A stretch of DNA of 64,000 bases from the human T2T-CHM13v2.0 reference genome, Homo sapiens: NCBI RefSeq assembly GCF_009914755.1, contig NC_060928.1; one strand, written 5' to 3'. The position numbers and the translations under genes were made by a program. Positions 55,613 to 64,000 of this stretch are shown piece by piece (position 1 is the first letter of the stretch; each line of letters starts with the position of its first letter). Under the pieces are notes generated by a model. That model saw only the letters and a list, made by a program, of their open reading frames with translations. It did no database searches and was not told the origin of the DNA.

Positions 55613-58388
55613 ATATTCTATACCTATCATATATCAGAACTAATTGGTGTCTATTAGAAAGGAAGGGAAAGAAAGACTGAAAAGAGAGACATACACAAAG
55701 AGAGACATAGTCAGAAAATTAAATCTAATATCAGTAAAGAAAATGTTATTTTAAGTGGGTTGCTTTTGATCCTTTGATAATTAAATGCAATTTAAAGATT
55801 TTAGTATTCTGAAGTGTGAATTTCCTGTTAGATTAACATGCTCTAGTTGGAATGAATTATTTTTCTATCTTTTCGTTCCAGAAAAAAAAAAAAAGTAGCA
55901 AACCCCCCCTCCTTTTTTTGTTGTTGTTGTTAAACTACACAACGCTGATCCAATATTTCATTGCAAAATGAAACTGTAGTTCTAACCATGGTAATTACTT
56001 AAATGTAGGTGATCAAACCTGGCTGATTGCAGTCCACTCCCTTCAATCCACATACGATTGACCACCTCTAGTTCAGTCTCCAGCAAGGCTGCTGGGATGA
56101 GGAGGAGCTGGGCAAACACCTGTGGGAGGCTGGCCAAGAAGCTGAAGTTGTGGGGCTCCTTCTGGCTGTAAGGGAGACTCCTTGGGCCTTGAGAATGTTC
56201 TGCACAGCCCACAGTGCAGAACAGCACTGGGTGTGAGCGGCCTGCGGGTGGCCCATACTTCTGGGTAGAAAAAAGCATCTGGGGCTCAAATTGTATGAAC
56301 CCCAATCTATTGGTATCTTTCAATCTAGTTCTGTAGGAAAGCCAGGACAGGTGGCCTAATGTTATGCTGCCTTGTTCTTCCTCAGATTGAAGGATAATAC
56401 TGATGTCTGTTTATCTACTTATCTATCATATTTACATTGAACATACCTAAGTAGCATTGCAAGAGGTCTGCTTCTAGCCATGCATCTTGAACTTTGTTTT
56501 GAAAATCTTTTTTTTTTTTGCTTATTCTCTCTCCATATATAAAGAATGGGCCTCAGTCTAATTTATGATTTTTTCTTATATTCTGAAATTATACACATAG
56601 CCTAAGCTCTTATGCTTTGAATATCTAATTATTCAAATGGGATTACTAATCCTTTTCATAGCCTGACTTAGAATATCAAACTGCTTATAGCAGTTAAATC
56701 AGGACTATATGCTACCTTGGATACCTTAATGCTGATTCATTGATTCCTTTTAAAAAATATATATCTTCTTCAATTTCTTCTAAACATATTTCTAGAGTGA
56801 AGCATTCTAGATCTTGGCAAAAAGAATGATAGAGCAGTATTCTGTTATTCTTCTGTCTATTTGAAATCACATTTTTTTTCATCTTAGGCTATTGCTAAGG
56901 CAGGCTGGCTGCCTTCATCTTCCCCAGTATTCTAGGATAACCTCAAAGAAATCACAACAGCTTGTTTTCTACAATTAAAACATTTGGGTTTTGATAGTGT
57001 GCATGGTCTACAAAGAAGTGAGAAGTGTAGCTGTTTGTATGGAATCTTATGGTGAACATTGCTGGCTCCAACATATAACTTGATTGGTGCGACATCAAGG
57101 TAAATGAATCCTCAAAGAGCTAGCAAATGGATCAAATAAAAGTATGAAGCATAATATAAAGTTTGCTTTCATCTATGTTTGTTTTATTTTGTGTAAAATA
57201 TTGCTAGAGTATAAAAATGTATATCAGAACACAAGAATCACAAATATTTAGAAAACTGTCAGATAAAAATATAATCAACATTGTCTTTGTGTTTGTGAAC
57301 TACTTAACAAAAATACAGATAAATTTAGTGTAGCAATTTAATTCTGAAGGATAATAATCTGTTTTATTAATAAATATATATGAATAAGTAAAGTGTATTA
57401 CATTTTGGACAAAAATAATGTATTTGGCCCATCTCAGAGAAATGGCACTTTGGGTATGTAAATAGATGTGGTGTGGAGAAGAAAGGTGTGGCCCAGAACC
57501 TGGTTAAGGCAAAAAGAAAATTCAGCTCTTTATGATGCAGTGAGTTAGAAAATGCCTGATTCACAGCTGCTGTGAAACTTCTTACTGCACACTAAAAAGT
57601 AATTTTCTAATACTATATTTTTCTGCCCACATCTTCCATCTCGTGGAACTCAAAATAGTTTATTTTGTGAGAGTTCACCTTAACTTCTCAAATTAAATGA
57701 AGAGTTTCAGATTTTAGAAATAACAGGAATGGACTTAAAAGTTTGCAAATGTGAAGTAGAAAGTTTTAGATTTCCAACTTTAATATGGTGCATTTAGATA
57801 GTACCTGCAGATATGATCAAAATGTCTCCATTAATTTTTAAGAAAGCACTCAGGCGGCCATAATTGTAGACAGATTAGTTAAACACTTTAGGGGTAAGAT
57901 TCAGATTCTCAGAATACTGTTCTATCTTTGTCAAAAAGTCAAATTTTAAGACAATAGTTTGTAAGGCCTAGAACACCCACAAAAGACAAATAAAAATACG
58001 AGTATAAATATATAGTCTATATCACATTTGTTTAATTCACAATTCTGTTGAGAGCACTAAATGTTATTTTAAAAACTTGAATATCCAGAGTAAAGAGAAA
58101 TTAGTTCTGACATATGAAAAATTTTTAGCAGCTTCTGATGATTACTTTGTACCTTCACTGACAATAAATGCTGCTATGTGCTTTTTGGTTATAATTATTT
58201 TGGCATAAACTTTCTTTCTTTGACTCTAATTTATACAGGTAGTGTTTCTGAAATTCTCTGTTTAAATGTCAATCTTGAATTACACGCTCACCGGCTATTA
58301 CAAGATATGAATAAAGAAACTGAAAAAGTTTTAGATAAGAAACTTATGTATGAGATACTTGTTAGTCCAATGTTAAAAAAATGCACTA

Positions 58389-58695
<307 letters not shown>

Positions 58696-59493
58696 CTAAT
58701 TACTTTCAACTTTCCACTGACTCTCACAAGTTTAAGGTCACATTTTCATCACAGCAATAGTATTACTAAGTCATTCTTCAAATCATTATCTCACTCTAAG
58801 CCTAGATTGATTTATGCATTTTCTATCTGCATAGTCATGCAGTTGTAATCACAGTTGTTATAGTTCTATCTTTATAATTTACTTATATCATTTTTGCTTA
58901 TAAATAGATTTAAATAATGTGTTTATACTGCATTATGTATGCTGTTTGGTTTCCCTATTCAATTGTGAGCATCTCGAAATCAGAGGCTATTCCATATACA
59001 TTATTTTATTTTATTATATCTCCTCATCCATAGAACACAACAAAAGTACAACATAAGCAGGATAAATGTGTTAAATTTGATTCACAAATGTTGTAAGAGA
59101 CATGCTGAACTTTAAAAAATGTATTCAAAGAGAAATACTGAAGATTACATGAGACAAGTATTTACATTTTATGTTTAAATATACCTATAAACTAGTTGAA
59201 CTCAAATTAACTTTATTTGCTGGGTCCTTTGCTGCCAAGCTTTATAAAAAAGCTGAGCACTCCATTTCATATTTGAAATCTTTTAAAATTTCTATTTTAC
59301 TTTACCAATTTAAGACTCGATCCATAAATGGTAGTCAAATGTTAATCTTCTTTTGATTTTCCAGAATTAGGATTTTCATGCCTGTTGTCAGTTAAAACTG
59401 CTAAAACCTGGAATATAACATGCATTTAGACACAAAATTTAGAAGTCAGGATTCAAACTTAAATGCATTCTTTATCCAAACCCTTCAGAAAAA

Positions 59494-59518
59494 TGTGTGT
59501 GTGTGTGTGTGTGTGTGT
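59494..59518. repeat. (TG)12 microsatellite
   Basis: Directly visible. Confidence 0.95.
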
Positions 59519-62500
59519 TGCACAACTCTTACTCAAGTTACCTTACTTTGTTTCCTTATTTTTATACTGTATATTTCTTTTTGATTCACACTCATTTGTT
59601 TTCACATTTCATGTTATCCGGACCACATCCAAATTAAAGGATATCACTGTAAAATCTGAAATGAGATCTAAGAAAAACTGTGCTTTTAAATTTCACAAAC
59701 GTTGTCATTGTTCATAATAGAATAAATTATATTAAAACTCAAACAACAAGCTGAGCACACTGCTTTGGCAGAGTAGTTAACTCAACAATGCACAAATGAT
59801 GCAAACTTTTGATGACAAGGATCTTTGCTAAAAGATTAAATACAAATGCAGGCATTACTTTGGAGAGCCTTGAGTCTAGTTATTCCATGATAATTAGTTC
59901 TTCTCAACTTGCTGAAAGTTATTCCCAGGAAAAAAAAAATAGATTATATATTGAGTTCCCTGGGATGCGTAACTCTTAAGTTAAGCTCAAAAACATATTT
60001 TACATTTTTCTATGATGAAAACACTTTTCGTTTCCTTTCATAAGCAGACAAGTAGACACACAGAAATAAATTTACAGCCTTAATCTCTTTGTTCTGTGGA
60101 TAATATGGTTTCATTTTATATATTATTTGATAGTATTCCTATGGAAAACATTGAAAAATGAGTTGAAGTATTACCTGTATGCTCAACTAACAAAACAGTT
60201 AATAAAATTTATAATTCAGACAGAATATATAAAAAAGAATGAATTACCCAATATGGGAATTCCATGTTTTACACTCATTTTTTTCCTCTTTCTCCTTTCC
60301 GTTGGGTTTATGTGCCATAAAGGCTAAAATTGACACTTGAGACCATGAGCTGCAGTATTTTGTTCTCTCTTTCCAACACAAAGGAAATCTTGAATAGAAA
60401 CATTTATTTCTGGTTTGGTAATCTCTCTAATGAAGTTGAAAAATTTAAAAAAAAAAACCCAAAACAAACAAACAAACAAAAAAAACAAACCTTGTTGAGT
60501 TTTTACATCCAATGTAAAATCACTAGATTTAAATGGCACTTAAAAAATAATGACTTTTTTTCTGCAACCAAGTTTATAAAAAGGAAATTTTGGCTCATGG
60601 AAAAGAGATGAATGAATATAACTAGACTTCTGTTGGAGAGATTTATGGTATATATTTAGCATCTTAGACAATATAATAAATCACTGCCATAGTCAATGTG
60701 AAAAAATACATTAGTTGCCATTTGTTTTTCATCAGCCTATCTGGATTCTTTTCAGATGTCATTTTCAAGATTTATATATCAGTGTTATTTTATATAATAA
60801 AAAGTCTATTGCTGATTATACAAAAGAACTCTCAAATATAACATTGCCATCCTTTTAATTTTGAAGCTGCTCACATGGATACTACCAGCTTCATTGTGAA
60901 TCACTGAAAAAGAGGACACAATGCCAAGGAATCCAAAGAGAAGGCAATAATGATAAATGCAAGTTATCACAAATCTCTATGTAGCTGAATATCATATATT
61001 GACATTTTCTTTTTAGGTAGCACTGGTGGATCAAGCTTAAATATTCCCTTTACTTCTATAAAGGTCCTTGTCTATCATATGTTGTGTATATTGTGAAATC
61101 CACTGATAGTTTTCTGTGTCCTGCAAAGTTGTATCTTCATTAGTCCTGCATCAGATATAAGCTCCTGATAATTTTATTCTGTCAACATAGTACTCTATGT
61201 GTAATGATACATAACAAATAATGTTAAAATTAATTTTAATGATGGTGATGATGAAATAGAAGAAGACCACAACTAAGGGCACAATTCTTATTTAAAATTA
61301 TGTAGGCCGTGAAAATCTGCCAATATTTTAAGCATAAACCAAAATATCAAAAAGTGTTCTTGATTTATGGCTATATATAATTTGCTACAATTAATATAAG
61401 AGAAGAAGGCTTTACTATATCAGTCTAAATAAATAAATGGAGTTTGACCTTAAAAAGTCATATGTTTGGGCCAAAATTGACTAAAAATAATGTAGTTCAA
61501 AGAAAGCAATATGCATAATTGCTTTCATATATCTTTCTATATTAAACAATAAATACTAACTTTCTGCTTGCTTTATTTTCTCAGAGACAGAACACTTTTG
61601 CTAAATCAATTCAAGGATTAAAGATAATTTCTTAAACCCAAGTCTTTTATTCATCCCGATTACTATTGAATTGCCTTTAATACCCTACCTATTTAAGTAT
61701 TTCAGAGAAGCTCTCTCAGGGTTAATCATGATAATCTTGCAATATTGCAAGGTTAATCATGTTAATCTTATTTAATAATTTACTAATATATACATTTCAA
61801 ATAAGCTATTGTCAAATTTACTTAAAATTTGGAAAGTTTGATATACTGTATAGATTACTGCAATAATGAGAATAATTTAGAATGTTTTATTTTTAGCAGT
61901 GATTGTTTAAAATGTTTTAAGATGCGCATTTTCAAACCCATACTAAATAAGGTTTTTCCCATGGGTAATCAAAGAAGTATTTAGAATTTGAATCTTGCTT
62001 ATTCCAATTAATTTAAAGTGTGGATCAACTCTTAGTCCTCTGGGTGCATTTACATCAACACAAAAATTACATTTAAAAATGTTGTGTCCTCTCCAACCAA
62101 GTTAAATCAATGTGCTTGCATTTTCCCTGAAGGCCAATATAAATGCAAGAATGCAATTTTAAGAGTGAAGGACCTCTATAAACAATATTCTGTTTCTAAT
62201 TTCTGGAAGGCGAAACCAAAAGATTGAACATGGTAACCTTCACAGCATCTTAATTACTTTTATGTTAAAGCAGTTACCATTTCTATAATTAACATAATAA
62301 AATCCATAAAGCTTAACATGAGAAATCAAACAATAACCTCAAATCTGCGCATAAACATTAATGATAAATGCAAATATATTTGTATTTTACCAAATGTGTC
62401 AGCATATGATTCATTACATCCTCATATATTTTTCCAAAAATGTAAAAGTATACTGTAGTCCAGGAGGAAAGCTACATGTGAGAGATTAAATATGTATCTT

Positions 62501-62706
62501 GTCACACTGTCACTACACTATTTAACTGCAGCACTCAGATAATCTAGATCTATTTTGAAACTGAATAGGAACAGCCATTTAGTGTTTAAAAGGGACCTAG
62601 AAGTTACTATGGACCAATACACTGAGTTGTTCTACCTACATTTTACTTATTTTTGTCTTGGAATCTTGAGTTCACATGTTAATTTGTCAATTTAAAGAAT
62701 AAGAAA

Positions 62707-62991
62707 GGCTGGGTGCAGTAACTCATGCCTGTAATCCCAGCACTTCCGGAGGGCAAGGTGGGAGGATTGCTTGAGGCCAGGAGATCCAGACCAGCCTAGG
62801 CAACATAGCACAACCCCATCTCTCTAAATAATTTGAAAAAGTAGCTGGGCATGGTGGTGAACGCCTTTAGTCCTAGCTACCTGGAAGGCTAAGGCAAGAG
62901 TATTGTTTGAGGCCAGGAGTTTGAAGCTGCAGTAAGCCAAGATCACACCATTGCACTCTAGCCCAGGTGACAGAGCCAGACCCTCTCTTAA

Positions 62992-63029
<38 letters not shown>
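62707..63029 (+). mobile_element. AluJ with (TAAA)n tail
   Basis: ggaggattgcttgaggccagg; ggagtttgaagctgcag (J diagnostics); TSD aataagaaa/aacaagaaa. Confidence 0.95.
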
Positions 63030-63030
<1 letters not shown>

Positions 63031-63095
63031 CAAGAAAATGAGTTTCTGGAAGCTTATGTGACTTCCACATGATGCTGTGTGTATTGATAGGAGTA

Positions 63096-63342
63096 TTTGT
63101 TTGTTTATTTATTTATTTTTGAGACAGAGTCTCACTCTGTCCCCCAGGAAGGGAGTGCAGTGGTGTGATTCCAGTCACTACAACCTCCACTTCCTGGGTT
63201 CGAGTGATTCTCATGCCTCAGCCTCCCAAGTAGCTGGTACTACAGGCACCCACCACCATGCTAAGGCCAATTTTTGTATTTTTAGTAGAGATGGGGTTTC
63301 ACCATGCTGGAGAGGCTGGTCTCAAACTCCTGACCTCAAGTG
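63096..63342 (-). mobile_element. AluS, 5'-truncated
   Basis: (TTTG/TTTA)n tail, antisense Alu to cctcaagtgat; TSD tgatagga. Confidence 0.95.
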
Positions 63343-63457
63343 ATAGGACAGTTAATGTGAAGCCAGCTCTGCTCCAATTTGAAAGCTAATTCTGCTTTTT
63401 TAACTCCTTCACTATTTCTAGGTATACACAGATTACTGCCTGAATTATCTGTCACAC

Positions 63458-63926
63458 TGAGGGAAGAGAGAGACCCTCTCATATTGTTTTATACTCAGTA
63501 CCTGTTTTAAGAAAAAAACGAGGAAGTGAAACCAAAGACAGGCAGCCCGGCGCCAGGCCCAAAACTGGGCCTGGGCCTGCTTGGCCTAAACCTAGTAGTT
63601 AAAAATCAACTCATGACTTAGAACCCGATGTTACCCATAGATTTCAGGCGTTGTATGGGAGAACATTGTGATACTCCCTGCTCTGTTCTGTTTCTCTCTG
63701 ACCACCGGTGCATGCAGCACTTGTCACGTACCCCTTGCTTGCTCAAATCAATCATGACCCTTTCATGTGAAATCTTTAGTGTTGTGTGCCCTTAAAAAGG
63801 ACAGAAATTGTGCACTCAGGGAGCTCGGATTTTGAGACAGTAGCTTGCTGATGCTCCCAGCTGAATAAAGCCCTTCCTTCTACAACTTGGTGTCTGAGAG
63901 GTTTTTTCTGGGCTTGACCTGCTACA
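63458..63926 (+). mobile_element. LTR2B-like (ERV1, HERV-E/Harlequin group) solo LTR
   Basis: tgagggaagagagagaccctctcatattg ... cctgctaca; perfect 4-bp TSD acac; AATAAA at ~63864. Confidence 0.92.
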
Positions 63927-64000
63927 ACACGTATTTCAATATCTTTGTTCTAATATTGAAATTAATTATAAAGTAGTTGATATAGAAGGAGCTTTTGGAA

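Overview
AT-rich primate (catarrhine, probably human) non-coding DNA, either intergenic or deep intronic. It is dominated by interspersed repeats: old L1M and L2 LINEs, MIRs, Alus (FLAM/J/S/Y), MaLR (THE1, MLT1), ERV1/ERVK/ERVL LTRs (MER11, MER61, LTR8, LTR2B, LTR1/27/28-like, MER67-like, LTR33, LTR41/47-like), DNA transposons (MER2, MER20, MER30, MER5) and microsatellites. I find no credible protein-coding exon, RNA gene or CRISPR array. The ORF track consists of Alu/L1/THE1 remnants and random AT-rich ORFs. Repeat family names come from my recall of consensus sequences, so subfamily calls and the edges of old elements are approximate; TSD-bounded elements are exact. The most striking structure not explained by a repeat family is a 78-bp-arm fold-back palindrome (15228-15402). 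It was apparently made by a template switch that deleted the 3' tip of an adjacent ERV1 LTR, which points into it, making it a candidate de novo dsRNA/miRNA hairpin. Other oddities are a phased 7xTGATAA array, a MER2 self-nested dimer, a head-to-head LTR pair without TSDs, a provirus with non-matching LTRs, a GC-richer unique island and a tail-to-tail Alu pair. Nothing here demonstrates a new biological system; these are hypotheses.
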